64,000 bases of DNA. Origin: the human T2T-CHM13v2.0 reference genome, Homo sapiens. The position numbers and the translations under genes are program-made. Positions 45,201 to 59,100 of the stretch are shown piece after piece. Within the stretch, counting starts at the first letter, position 1, and each line of letters starts with the position of its first letter. Below the pieces are notes generated by a model. It was given only the letters and a program-made list of their open reading frames with translations. It did not search any database and was not told where the DNA came from. The DNA is taken from the NCBI RefSeq assembly GCF_009914755.1, contig NC_060928.1; one strand, written 5' to 3'.

Positions 45201-45444
45201 TAGTCCCTCAAGAGTCTCAGATGCTCTGGATGCAGCCATCCACTGTATGTCAAATGGTCTCACTAAAGTTAGAACAATGACAACACAAAAGGGACATAAA
45301 ACATCATTCAGCTAGCCTGATGTCATAAATAGTGAATTCCATAATGAGACCAAACAAGTCCATTCTGACGGTGACAGAGAAGGGAATCAATGCCCAAGGT
45401 TTTGGTCAATCTTTCAAAATTGAGAGGACACCAAAACAGTGACT

Positions 45445-45862
45445 TGTTAAAGCAGCCTATAGCTGCTTTTGTACTTTGAATTTCTGTATCATGAACTACA
45501 ACCTAATTTACTAAGTAAACAAATTGCAACCTAACAAGAATATATTTTTGTAACGAACTGCTGAGTCTCAGCCAATTGTGGAAGCCAAGCTTCAGCCAAT
45601 CATAGGCTGCAAACTGGTCAGACAATGTACACATAAGGCAAATGCCTCATCATACCATGCCAATAATGCAAATGACAAGTTGTAACGAATCAAGCTGGTT
45701 TTTACCTCAATTCCTTTTTCTGTCTGTGAATACAGCCTGCCCACATTGCTGGGTGGAGCTCTCTAAACCTCTCCCAGTTCTGAGTGCTGCCTAATTCGTG
45801 AATCATTCTTTGCTCAAATAAACTGTTCTAAATTTCATTTGTCTAAAGTTTTTCCTTTAAAA
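45445..45862 (+). mobile_element. MER57-type 3' LTR, uninterrupted
   Basis: tgttaaa start, CCAAT boxes, aataaa at ~45817, end 'tttgtctaaagtttttcctttaaaa'. Homologous to the split 5' LTR. Confidence 0.9.
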
Positions 45863-46264
45863 ATAGTAACTGAATGAATGAATTTCTTCTAAGGATTAAT
45901 CTGATGTCTGTATTAGAAAAATAAGTAATATCAAAAGGTATTTTATTTAGTTTGTAGCCTCACGCAAACATTCCAATATGATGTGATGAGGTGCAGAAAT
46001 AGTGAATGTAGAAATAAAATAAAAAGCTAGCTAAAGAGATATTATTTAGAAGAGAGCTCTTACGTGCTTGTCTTGTGGCTTACACCATTACCTCAATCAG
46101 GAGAGCTCAGTATCTTTTCCTTTCCTTTCCCATATCTAATTATTCTAAATCTTAGATAGAGAGACTTAAAGCCTATTTATTCCATTAGGTTTGCTCTGCT
46201 TACCAGATTCACATCATTCGTTTTCTTTTCTGAACTCTTTCTAATATCTGTTCACACAGTGGAA

Positions 46265-46415
46265 ACAGCTTTAGCTTTAACGAACAACAGGCCCATGGTA
46301 AAACTCAGCCCTGTCAATCACTGTCTCTGTGGCTGTAGGCAATTTTCCTAATGTTTCTGACACTCACCATCTTCATATCTTATAGGATTATTGTAAGGAT
46401 TAAAATTAATAAAAT
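46265..46415 (+). mobile_element. MIR fragment
   Basis: 'ctgtggctgtaggcaattttcctaatgtttctgacactca..cttcat..ttataggattattgtaaggattaaa' resembles the MIR core. Confidence 0.6.
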
Positions 46416-47776
46416 CAAACATTTAGTTCATCTGAACCTTCATTCCTACTGTGCTTAAAATGAAGTTCATACATATTGGCACTAACTCTTTTTGTCTAAA
46501 TACTTCAGTTTGCCACTTACCCAAAGTCAGATATTTAATGACGGTCATATAGGTCATTTAGCCTCCATAGCACAGTTTATACTTAATATATTCTTGAGTG
46601 TTATTTGAATTTTTTGAAACTAGTTCATATATAGTTTTATTCTATACTATTTGATTTGAGAAATACTCATAGTAATGCCCCAGGCTTGTGGTTGTTTAAA
46701 GTGCTGGGGTAATGGAAATAATAATGAGTTAATCCAGTACCAATATCTTCATTTTTTTTTCTGGATTCCTTATATGTCATGCTAGAAGAAAATATTGGAA
46801 TTCTACACAGTAAGGATTAGTTTTTATGAAGTTCTGAGGAGTATGACATATACTAAACCTGAGGGTTTTTAAGGTTATTTTTATGCTAATGGTAAGTGAA
46901 AAGTTAACATTTATTATCAAATAAAAGTGTCCTTTGGTTCTAGCATGTGTTTCCTTTATTATTCTGCAGCTACATAACTCAACCAAAACTTTGTAGACTT
47001 TAAGCCACATTCATTAGTTGGTGATAAAAGTGATTGATTTTTGATAAAAAGTAGAGATAGTGAAATTATCTACGTTTCAAAGTTTTTATAAATTTAATAT
47101 TACAATAATATATTTAGATATGACGCCAAGATTTTGAAGTATCTTATGTAATGCAAAAGGGTAGAAACTATTATAAAGCACATTTATATTTTGCCATAAA
47201 TTATAACTTGTCTTCAGAAACCTGAAGTGTGTGCATTTTTTCTTAGTGACATAATGCGTATATTCATTTTTCTGCTATCCTATAACTCACTCAGGCATAT
47301 GAGGATTAAAGTTCTAGTGAGTTGAAACCACATATTTTACTATATTTTGTCAGATTGCTCTTTGCTAAACATCTACAAGGAAATTTATGAAGGCAGGGTA
47401 TCTATAAATTATATAAATTAACAAATAGCTCAGCAAGATTTAAAACTGTGATCAATTACGTTCACCTTTATTTACAAATAACAAGCTTTATTATGTTTCA
47501 TTCTAAGCTAGTTAGTTCCTTTTAAATCGGAAAATTAAAAATACATTGTATGAAACAGAATAATATAATTTGCTATTTAGACTGGTAGAAAAATCATTCA
47601 GGTGAAAAATTGCACCATCTTGTTACTGTCATATGATTTCTTATTAGCTACTAACCTGCACTGCCCTTCAGTGAATAAGGTGCTTCTATACATTTCATGT
47701 CACATTTGCACAAAAATTCAGCTTTTCCAAAATGTTAAATGGTATTTGTTGAAAGTTTCTAAAAGAGTCATGATTG

Positions 47777-47871
47777 TTTTTAAAAGACAGGGTCTAATTC
47801 TAGAGCGCAGTAGCATGATCATAGCTCAATGCAGCCTCGAATTCCTGGGATCAGCCAATCCTCCTGCCTAA
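47777..47871 (-). mobile_element. Short old Alu monomer fragment (FLAM/AluJ-like)
   Basis: 'agacagggtct..gagcgcagtagcatgatcatagctcaatgcagcctcgaattcctgggatcagccaatcctcctgcct'. Confidence 0.8.
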
Positions 47872-49300
47872 GAACCATGAATTTCCAGAGAAGGTTGGCC
47901 AATATGAAAACTGTGGCAGAAAGCCTGATGTTCCTTGATGACCTGGGGCCAGGCTCATGTAACCCATTTCAAGAGTCCAAAACTCAGTCACATGCTTAGC
48001 AACTAATGACAAAATCCAAACTCAAAATACTGGTAGAGTGCACAGGAAAGATATTACATGAATCTGTGTAGAATTCATTAACAATATATTTAAACTATAC
48101 AACTCTCTTAATAAAAATAGAAAAGTCAAGATGCTATGTAAATATCATTGGTGTATTCCAAAGCAAAAATTTTGGAAACATCCATACTTTTTAATTGAAA
48201 TATTGATGAAGAAGGTGAAGAGTTTGAGATTTAGCTTTATAATGTATATTGCATTTTAAAAACAGTCATAAGCCATTCTTAGAAGAATAGGAAGTGTCTG
48301 TGATTTTAAGATGCTGCATTATATGCTCAATAGTAAACCAGATAAATATGGACCCTACCCTTGAACTCGACATATACTAGGAAATATAAATATTAAAAAA
48401 CTTAGTTACTCTTATTTCAAAAGAGGAAACACTGTTTTAGAAGCAAAAAGTAGGGAGGAATACAAGTTTGTTGTGCTGTTAATTAAATCAGCTATACTAC
48501 ACTCTACTCACATGTAAGTTTTTACATATAACCTAGGAAGGAATGTGTATGCATCAGTGGGAAGAGAAGTACTCTGCACTGGTCAGACAAAACATTCAAA
48601 TCAAACCTGTTCATAAATATGCTGGAAGTCATTGTAGGCAGTACATTAAGAGATTTAGGGTAGTCAGAAGACAGCATCTGCCAAGAAAGACCACAAATTC
48701 AGTTTTTAAATGTTGATTATGAAGTAACACAACATATAAGTGAAAATGTCGATGGAAAATCTGGGGAGGGAGAGCACGCCCAAAGATCAGAAAAATTTGG
48801 AAATGTGGATGCATATTTAAACATAATCTGTAAATACATAGATAATGAACATGTCAGTGATTACAAGAAAAGGGAATAGAAAGAAAATAGAAAGCTTTGT
48901 CTAGTTCTTATAAAAATACTATAAAATAAAAAGGAGTTATATGTACTCCAGTACAATGTTTTCACTCAAGAATCCCTTATCATTTGTTGTGTTTGCACTG
49001 AATATGCCATAATTTTAAAATACTTCTTCCCTATTCAGTTAATTATCAAAATTAAAACTGGTTAAATAACAGGGTGAAAACATATTATTTCTATTTCATA
49101 ATAAATGCTATTGCAAACTATAAAAAATAAATTCTAACATATCCTTACCTAGTAAATACATGTGAACTACATTTATAGCAAACAAATGCACTGAAATAAA
49201 TACACCCTAAAACATATGATTCTGTAGTGGTCTGAGTTATGGAAAAGGTGGTATCCCAAAGACTGAAAATAATCTCAGACAAGGAAATACAGACCACTGT

Positions 49301-50246
49301 TGATAGGGACAGGAGGCAGAGAAATTCTAAGCAGAAAAGGGCAGGTCCCTGGTGAAGTCCCACCCTCAAGCCACAAAGCCTGAGACCATGGCACAAAGTG
49401 AGAACTTATATCCGTGTTTTCCTGCTCCAATGTTGCCTTTTTCAAAACAATGCATGGTCCACCCTGCCCCCCATCCTGTGCCCATAAAAACCCCAGGTTC
49501 AGCTGGCAGAGTAGGGAAAAGCAGCTGGACATTAGAGACTATGACTGGATGTTGGAGAGAAGCAGCTTGACTTCAGACAGACAGCTTGGTGATGTAACTT
49601 CAGAAAAGAATCTGGCTGGAGATGGCTGGACTTCAGGGGAACATTACCTTACTGCCCCTTTTCCTTTTCAGTTCCCCTTCCTGCTGACAGCCACTTTCAC
49701 TAGCAATAAAATCCCCTGCATTTACTGTCCTTCACTTTATTCGTCTGACCTCATTTCTCCTGGACATTGAACAAGAGCTTGGGAGCCATGAGTGTGGATA
49801 CAAAAGGCTGTCACATTGACCCTTTGCCAAAAATGCAGAGAGCCCACTGAGCTGTTAACACTTAAGCCATCATAGATGCTAGAGCTAAAAGAGCATGGTA
49901 ACACTCCCTCTGGGGCTTCAGGGGTTGTGGGGACACCCCCTTGATGCTTCTGTGGGGCCTGTGTGCTGTTCGTTCCTGCCAGCACCCAAAAGTGCTTGCC
50001 CCAGCTCCTGCACTCTCTCACCTGCATGCTCCCTCCCACAAGGGATGAAACGCAGCAGGTCCAAGTGAGCAGAGTTCACCCCTGCCAGTGCCAAGGCAAC
50101 CAGCTGGTTCCAGCACTCATGCACTCCAGTTCCCACCTTGTTCACTGATGCACTCCCTCCCACAAGGAGTTGAAAGCTGTGGGTTGAGTTAATGAGGCAA
50201 CCTTGTTGTGAGTCCCATGAAGGGGTCAGGAAAATATCCTGCTTCA
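49301..50246 (+). mobile_element. ERV1 solo LTR of the LTR1/LTR27/LTR28 group (LTR28-like)
   Basis: Starts tgatagggacaggaggcagagaaattc and ends ggggtcaggaaaatatcctgcttca, 946 bp. TATA-like cataaaaa ~49483 and aataaa ~49705. Confidence 0.85.
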
Positions 50247-50970
50247 CCAGTAACTAAAGGCTTTTAGCTATATATATTCCAGCAAACCAAGACAAAAACC
50301 AAAATTAACAGGTAAAAGCATGATAAAAAGGAATTTCAGTTGGTAAGAAAATTGTAAAGCCCAGCAAAGTAACTACATCTATTACCAGAATAAGAGAAAT
50401 GATATAAAAAAGTTTTAAGCAAAATGATGTAAATACAGTGTCCAGATTAAATGTTAAAAATTGGTAAGTGAGAGACAGTGGGAAAAAATAAATGAGACAG
50501 ATCATTTTATGTTACTTCAATATTTGTAAATAGTCTTTCATTCTTATCAGTTAGAGAAAGTAAGGTCCAAAAATCAATTTAACTGTAATGATGTTTTTCC
50601 AAATGAAAGAAAAAACTTTGTTTGGCAAAATCTAGAACTAAATGATTGGGTTGGGGAAGAGGGAACATTAAAAACCAGGAAAATAACTTAGTTTAATATT
50701 TATCTGATGTTGAATCTGAGAGAAGCTTTTCTAAAAATAAATGCAAATACATAAAAAAGAAAAAATCAGTAGATATGATTGCAGAAATTTTTAAAACTAT
50801 GTATCTAAAATAAAACATTACATTGAAAGGTAGATGACAAACTGAGGGAGATTATATAATGTATGCAGGGCACATAAAGATAATACATACATTATATAAA
50901 CATATAATATTTATTTAAAAATATAATATATTTCATATTAAAGTCTTATAATTAATTTTTCTAAATTTGT

Positions 50971-53900
50971 GGGACGTGGAGCAAGATGGCCAGAGTCTTC
51001 CAGCGATAGCTCCCCCTGCAGGAGAAGCAAACTGAACAACTATCCACACAAGAAAGCACCTTTATAAGAACAAAAAATTGGTTGAGAGATCACAGTACCT
51101 GGTTTTAACATCATATCAAGGAAAGAGGTACTGAAAGGGTAGGAAAAACAGTCTTGAATTGACAAGATCACCTTCCCTCATCCCCCTTCAGCAACCTCAT
51201 GACACAGAGAGAATCTGGAGAATCTGTGTCCTTGGAAGAGGGAGAGTGCAGACATTAAGGGACCTTGCATTGAAATTCAGTGCTAACTGAAAACAACAGA
51301 GGGCAGAATTCACACTGGAAAACAACAGAGGGCAGAATTCAGCCAGTACCCAGAAAGGGAGCACTTCGATCAGCCCTAGCCAAAGGGGAATCATTCCATC
51401 CCGGCAGTTGGAACCTGAGTTCTAGCTAGACTCACCACAAAGGGCTAAAGTGCTCCGGGGTTTGAAATAAATTCAAAAGGCAGTATAAGCCACGAGAATT
51501 GCAATTCCTGGGCTAGTCCTGCTGCTGTGCTGGGCTCAGAACCAGTGGATTTGGGGTGCACACAACCTAGCGAGACACCAGCTGGGGTGGCCAAGGGAGT
51601 GCTTGCGTCACCCCTCCCACAACCACAGGCAGCACAGCTCATAGTTCTGGGAGAGACTCCTACTTGAGGAGAGGAAAAGGAAGTTTAAAAAGTACATTGC
51701 CTTGCAATCTGGATACCAGCTAAGCTACAGTAGAACAGGGCACTGGGTGGTGTCCTGAGACCTTATTCTGGGTTCTAGCTCCTGGACTTTTCTGGACACA
51801 TCTTGGGCCAGAAGGGAACCGGCTGCCTTGAAGGGAGGGATCCAGTCCTGGCAGGATTCATCACCTGCTGACTAAAGAGTGCTTTGGGCCTTAAGTAAAC
51901 ATCAGAAGTACCTAGGCCATATTCAACACAGTTCTTGGGTGAGACCCAGAGCCATGTTGGCTTCAGGTGTAACCCAGCCCATTCTCAGCTGTGGTGGCCA
52001 CAGACAGAGACTTCCTCAGCTTGAGGAAAGTAGAGGGAAGAGTAAAGGGGACTTGTCTTGCAGCTTGGGCACCAGCTCAGCCACAGTGGAGTAGAGAACC
52101 AAGCAGGATCCTAGAGTTCCCAGTTCTAGGCCTTGGCTCCTGGATGGCACTTCTGGACATGCTCCGAGGTAGAAGAGAACCATTGCCCTGAAGAAAGAGA
52201 CCGAAGCCTGGCAGCATTCACCACAAGCTGACTGAAGAGGCCTTGGTCCTTGAGTGAACATCAGCAGTAGCCAGACAGTACTCACTGTGGGCCTTCTACA
52301 CGAAGAAAGAAGAGGGAAGAGTAAGAAGAACTTTGTCAAGTGTCTTTAGTGCCAGCTTAGCCACAGTAGAATAGAGCACAGAGTAGATTCTTATGTTTCC
52401 TGACTCTAGGGCCTGGCTCCCATATGGCATTTCTGGAACAGCTCCGGGCTAGTGGGGAGCTTGCCAACTTGAAGGGAGGGACACAAGCCTATTTACCACC
52501 TGCTGCCTGAAAAACTCTTGGGCCTTGAAAGAACACCAATGGGAGCCAGTCAGTGGTCATCACAGGCCTTGGGTGAGACCCAGTGTTGTGCTGGCTTCAG
52601 TTCTCAATCAGTGCAGTCTAAGTTATGGTGGCCACAGAGGGACTTGAGTCACCTCTCCCCCAGCTTGAGGCAGCTCAGCACACAGAGAGACAGACTCTGT
52701 TTGTTTGAGGGAAATAAGGGAGAAAAAAGTTTCTGCCTGGTAATCCAGGGCATTTTCTTGGATCTTTCCCAAGACCACCAAGACACTGCTTCTACAAGTC
52801 TGCAAGAATCACAATGTTACTGGACTTGGGGTAACCACTAATGAAGATATGGCTGCAGTGACAAAGGACTTAGATCACAACACTAAATTCCCTTTGAATA
52901 CTTAGAAAGCCTTCCCAAGAAGGAGTACAAACAATCCAGACTGTGAGACTACAATAAATACCCAAACATTGACAAATATTCACAAGCATCAAGACTACCC
53001 AGGAAAATGTGACCTCACTAAACAAACTAAATAAGGCACCAGTGACTAATCTCAGAGTGACAGAGATATGTAATTTTTCAGACAGAGAATTTTAAAATAG
53101 CTGTTTTGAGGAAGCTCAATGAAATTAAAAATAACATAGAGAAGGAATTCAGAATTCTATCAGATAAATTTAACAAAAAGATTGAGATAATTAAAAAATA
53201 TCAAGGAGAATTTCTGGAGCTGAAACATTGAATTGACAAACTCAAGACTGCATCAGAGTCTCTCAACAGCACAATGGATAAAGTGGAAGAAAGCACTGAG
53301 GACAGGCCATTTGAAAATACATAGTCAGAGGAGACAAAAGAAAAAATAATGAAAAGAAATAAAGCATGCCCACGAAATCTAGGAAATAGCCACAAAATGG
53401 CAAATCTAAGAGTTACTTGTCGTAAAAAGGAGGTAGAAAGAAAGATTGGGGTAGCAAGTTTATTAAAATAGGTAATAGCAAAGAACTTTCAAAATCTAGA
53501 GAAAGATAACAATATTTCCAAACTCACTCTATGAGGCCAGTATTACCTTATTACTAAAGCCAGAGAAAGACACGTGAAAAAAAGAAAATTACAGGACAAT
53601 AGCTCTGATGAACATTGATGAAAATGTCCTCAAAGAAATACTAGCAAACTAAATTCAACAACATGTTAGAAAGATTATCCTTATGATCAAATGGGATATA
53701 TCCCACAGATGGTCCAACCAGCATATGCAAATCAATGAATGTGATACATCGTATCAACAGAATGAAGGGTAAACCCATATGATCATTTTAATTGATGTTG
53801 AAAAAACATTCCATAAATTCCAACATCCTTTATGATAAAAACCCTCACAAAACTGGGTGTAGAAAGAACATAACTGAACACAATAAAAGCCATATACAAC

Positions 53901-56118
53901 AGACTAACAGCTAGTATAATTCTCAATGGGGAAAAACTGAAAGTCTTTCCTTTAAGAACAAGACAAGGATGTCAGTTTTCACCGTTATTATACAACATAG
54001 TACTGGAAGTCCTAGCTGGGGCAATCAGACAACAACAACAAAAATAAAGGGCATCCAAATTGCAAAGGAGAAGTCAAATTATCCTTATTTTCAGATGATA
54101 TGATCTTATATTTGGAAAAACCTAGATTCCAACAAAAAAACTATTAGAACATACAAAAGTCAGTAGCATTTATATATGCCAACAGCAAACAACCTAAAAA
54201 GAAATGAAGAAAGTAATCCTAATTAAAATAGCTAAAAAGCAAATAAGATACCCAGGAATAAACTTAACCAAAACATGGTTACAATGAAAACTGTAAAACA
54301 TTGATACAAGAAATTGAAAAGGACACACAATAAAAGGAAAAATATTCCACATTCGTGGATCAAAAGAATCAATATTGTTAAAATATTTTTACTACTCCAA
54401 GCAATCTACAGATCAATAAAACCCCGATCAAAATACCAATGACATTCTTCACAGAAATAGAACATACAATTCTAAAATGTATATGGAATGGCAAAAGACC
54501 CAGAATAGCCAAAGCCATCCTCAGTAAGAAGAGCAAAACTGGAAGAATCAAATTACCTCACTTGAAATTACATTATAGAGCTATTGTAACCAAAAAAGCA
54601 TGGTACTGGCATAACAATAGATACATAGGCCAATGTAATAGAATAGAGAACTCAGAAACAAATTCACATATCTACAGGGAACTCATTTTCAAAAAAGGTG
54701 TCAAGAACATACACTGGGAAAAGAACAGTCTCTTCAATAAGTGGTGCTGGGAAAACTGGATATCTATAAGAAGAATGAAACTAGACCCTTATCTCTCACC
54801 ACATGCAAAAATCAAATCAAAGTTGATTAAAGACTTAAATCTAAGACCTCAAACAATGAAACTACTACAAGGAAATGTTGAGAAAGCTCTCTAGGACACT
54901 GCTCTGGATAAAGGTTTCCTGAGCAATACTCTACAAGCACAGGCAACCTAAGCAAAAATGGACAAATGGAATTACATCAAACTGATAAACTTCTGCACAA
55001 CAAAGGAAACAATCAACAAAGTAAAGAGAGAGACAACCCACCAAATTGAAGAAAATATTTGCAAACTACCCAGCTGACAAAGGATTAATAACCAGAATAT
55101 ATAAAGAGCTCAAACAACTCTATAGGAAAAACATCTAACAATCTGATTTAAAAATTTATTCTCAAAAGAAGACATATGAATTGCCAACAGGTTTATGAGA
55201 AGGTGCTCAACATCATGATTATCAGAGTAATACGAATCAAAACTACAATATTATCCCACCCCACTTAAAATGGTTTTTATCCAAAAATGAGCAATAATGA
55301 ATGCTGGCAAGGATGTGGAGAAATGGGAACCCTCATACACTGTTTGTGGGAATGTAAATTAGTACAGCCACTATGGAGAACAGTATGGAGATTCCTCAAA
55401 AAACTAAAAATGGTGCTATCATATGACCTAGCAATCCCACTGTTAGGTATATACCCCCCCCCCCAAAAAAAAATTAGTATATCAAAAAGATATCTGCACT
55501 TCCATGTTTATTGCAGCATTATTCACAATAGCCACGATTTGGAAGCAATTTAAGTGTCCATCAACAAATGAATGGATAAAGAAGATGTGGTACATATACA
55601 CAATGGCGTACTGTTCCACCATTAAAAATAATGAGATCTTGTCATTTGCAGCAATGTGAATGAAAGTGGAGGACATCATGTTAAGTGAAGTAAGCCAGGC
55701 ACAGAAAGACAAACTTCACATGTTCTCATTTATTTGTTGTAGCTAAAAATTAAATGAAACTGACTCATGGAGAGAGAGAGTAGAATGATGGTTTCTAGAG
55801 GCTATGAAGGATAGTTGGTGGGGGATGGTTTATGGGTACAAAAATACAGTCAGATAGAATAAATACGATTTAGTATTTGATGGCACAACAGGGTGACTAC
55901 AGTTAACAATAATTTATTGTATATTTTAAAAATAACTGAAACAATATAATTGAAATATCTGTAACATAAAGAAATGATAAATGCTTGAGGAGATGCATAC
56001 TCACCTACCCTGATGTGATTATTACATATTATATGTCTATGTGAAAATATTTCATGTACCCCATAAATATATACACCTACTATGTACCCATAAAAATAAA
56101 AATTTAAAATTTAAATAA
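50971..56118 (+). mobile_element. Near full-length L1MA (about MA2/3) with 5' UTR and a large internal ORF1-ORF2 deletion
   Basis: 5' start 'gggacgtggagcaagatggcc', ~1.9 kb GC-richer UTR with internal repeats, ORF1 remnant to ~53512, ORF2 from RT onward (151-aa open fragment 54439-54894), L1MA 3' UTR and tail. Confidence 0.92.
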
Positions 56119-59100
56119 ATTACATAACCCTCAAAAAATCCTATTGGATACATCAGGAATGGTGCATATAAAAGGAATTTACAAAAGTCAAAATTATAAC
56201 TGACAAATCTGTATTGTCTTATTAGTTAATCAAAAAACATCAGATCAATAAATTAATGAGTGTTTTTCTTCCTTAATATTTGTGAAATTAAAATAATAAT
56301 AACGAATATTCTATCCAGTGTAAGCAAGGGCACAAATTTTAAGATCCTACTGGTAAATTTCTATAATATTTTTAGAATTTATTTCTCAATATACATTAAT
56401 GACCTTTATTTTGATTTGAAAATTTTGTTGATAGGATTTTATACTATTAAAACAACCAGAATCTCACCCTAATTGTATTACAATGTCAGTGACTGTAAAA
56501 TGATAAAACATTATAAACAACCTAAATGTCCAATGACAGGAGATGATTTGAATACTATAAATCAAGTAAAGAATACTATGCATCCTTAAATATCATTTCA
56601 CACTAGTAATATATATAACTGAACTGTGTTTTAGTGAAACTGTATTATAGTGTGCAAAACTTGCAAGAGTTATGTTGATCTGGCTCCACAGCCCATTAAT
56701 CTTCCCATATCAATTTACCAGTGGACAGGTAAATTTGAGAGAATAAATTCATCGGGGTGGCTCATACAATATCAAAAGTGAAAAATAAGCTGAGAAAATT
56801 AGAATGAAAAGAAAAATTATAACTGCCTTAATGATTGCCTACAGGTCTACCAATAACATACATTTAATCTAGCTTTGCAATAAATTAACACATGCATAGA
56901 TGGTAGGATTAGCATTGTTCTTTGGCAATCTCTCTGTGTGACTTTCAGATATATTTGGACTGAATACACAGAAGTGATTCAGCTAGGACTCCACCACAAA
57001 ACAGTTCAGTTAGATCATTTCAGAAGCCAATGTGTTCTGCTACTTTTTTGACAAATATTACTTAGAATACATTTTGTCAAAATTCTAGTTTTTAGATTGA
57101 CTGGGAATTTTGCCCAATCACATTCACAAGGCTTTGCATCATCCACTTGCCCAAAAGCCCAGGAACCCAAGCCCGCAAACATTACCATGCACCAGCTTCA
57201 TCAATCATTTTGACAGCCACTGGGCTGGATCAGAGACCCATAACAAGTTACATTCTTTAGGAAAATCAACTCAGTACAAAACTATTGAGGAAGAAAGCTT
57301 TTCATCTTCACCTAGTCTGCCTATTATGTTTTTATGCTTTTTCTCATAAAAAGAGAAAATGAAATCAGCAAGTACAATGACAGGTAAAGACAGGTAAAAG
57401 TGACAATCTGTCAACTTTTACTCTTCTTACAACACTTTTAAATCCTGTCCTTTCTAAATCTTCTGTTTCAGGAATATTACATTTTCCATTTTTTTAAGCT
57501 TACGTAATAGCTGTTTTAATTTATTCATTAGCTCCTCTAAACAAGTCAGATTGAAGATTGCTTGAAAATACTGTCTTTTTTCCTTGCACTGAATCCTCAT
57601 TATCACATTTGTAGTTTACAAGCTTCATGACTAAGTTAACATATGTTAATTTTAGTACATAAAAATTGTTATGAAAATGGTTTAAGAAAATAGATGAAAA
57701 ATCATATAAATCCATTTAGATAAAGTGTGAGTTATTTCCTTAATTATGAAACTGACAGTTTTTGGCTTCTTGTAGTCAACTAAAACTACTCTTATCTGAA
57801 AAGTAAAATTGCCAATTTATCCAGTAAGGAACAGTTAACTAATGTGCTGGAGATGCCTTTTAATTTTCACCCAAGTAGAAGATTTTCATTGTTTGCACTT
57901 AAAGCTCAGGACAGGATATATTGTTTTCCCTCCTAGAATATTTGAGACAAAATTGTCTTTTAAAACGTGGCATAAGCAAGTTATTACACATAAAGAGAAC
58001 TTTTGAGTATTCCTTTCCTCAATGATTATTATAACTTTAAGTATTATTAATATCAAATAATGTTAGTACTTAAGGTACTTTTCTCTCCTTTGGTTTTCAA
58101 ATTTTCCAAAGCCAGTATACTTTATCAAAATTATTAGTTTTAATATGTTTTTCCGGTAATAAGGCTACTTGGAGCTCTTCAACCATGTATGTTTTAAAAT
58201 TATGTTTTACACTGATAAAAACTACTTAGTGGCCTAGGACATTACGTTTTTCTACTTATTTGAGAACTTCAATTATTTCAAACATAGACCTATCCTGAAG
58301 CACACTTTTAATGAATGGCCAAAGTTGTAGGGGATGGAGCAGGGGAAGTTCTCCTGATTCTGAATGGTTCACCTTTATAACCACGTAGAGTGGCAAATAT
58401 AATTGCTTTAATGAGCTTATATGAATTTTTTTAATCTTATTGAGTACTTTGATGGAGTGAGGGAATAAGTAAAAGATTTTTTAAATAACCTTAAAATATA
58501 ATTTGAACAAATATCTCAGTAGAAAAGCAAAAATATGTTTAATAATCATAGTTAAGGAACAAATAACTTTCAAAATAACTAATGTTAATTACAGTTCAGG
58601 TTTCTTGACAGTCTTCTGAAAAACTGCAAGTGGCACTTGTTTGTGGAAGAAACAGTCTCCTGACAGTCTTCTTTCACAGTCATTGCTTGTGGGCTTTATT
58701 ATTAATAGAGTCACTTTGGTGACTGTCATTATGTCTTTCCAAGCTTTGACTCTGCCAGCAAGTATCGATCTGCAAATGAGCTACCCAAGGACAATGGCAT
58801 CATTAATTGCTAAGTGATCTGAAAAACAATTTGAGACCTCCAGGCTCATGTACAAATGGATAGTCAGAGCTGTCAGCCTAATCAGATACGGTTGTGCTTG
58901 CCTGTGGACCAGTTGGACTCCTCAGAAAAGTCCTCCACATCTGTCAGTTTCCCACTTCTCACAATAAAGCACATGTCAAATCTCATAATTCTAGCTTCTT
59001 GTTTTCTAAGAAATCTTTGTGCATATACATAAGCAAGAATCATATTGGCTCAACATAGTCCTTCAGAGGGAGCTCAATTAGAAGCCAGGCTCAGAGAAAA

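Larger units (their letters stand above)
31055..45862 (+). mobile_element. Decayed class I endogenous retrovirus with MER57-type LTRs (5' LTR-gag-pol-env-3' LTR), carrying six nested insertions
   Basis: Homologous LTRs at both ends, a PBS-like sequence after the 5' LTR, and gag, integrase and env remnants in the correct order and strand. Confidence 0.88.

Noticed and set aside
54439-54894. 151-aa ORF as a functional gene
   Set aside because: It is an L1 ORF2 fragment between stops and frameshifts in a dead L1MA.
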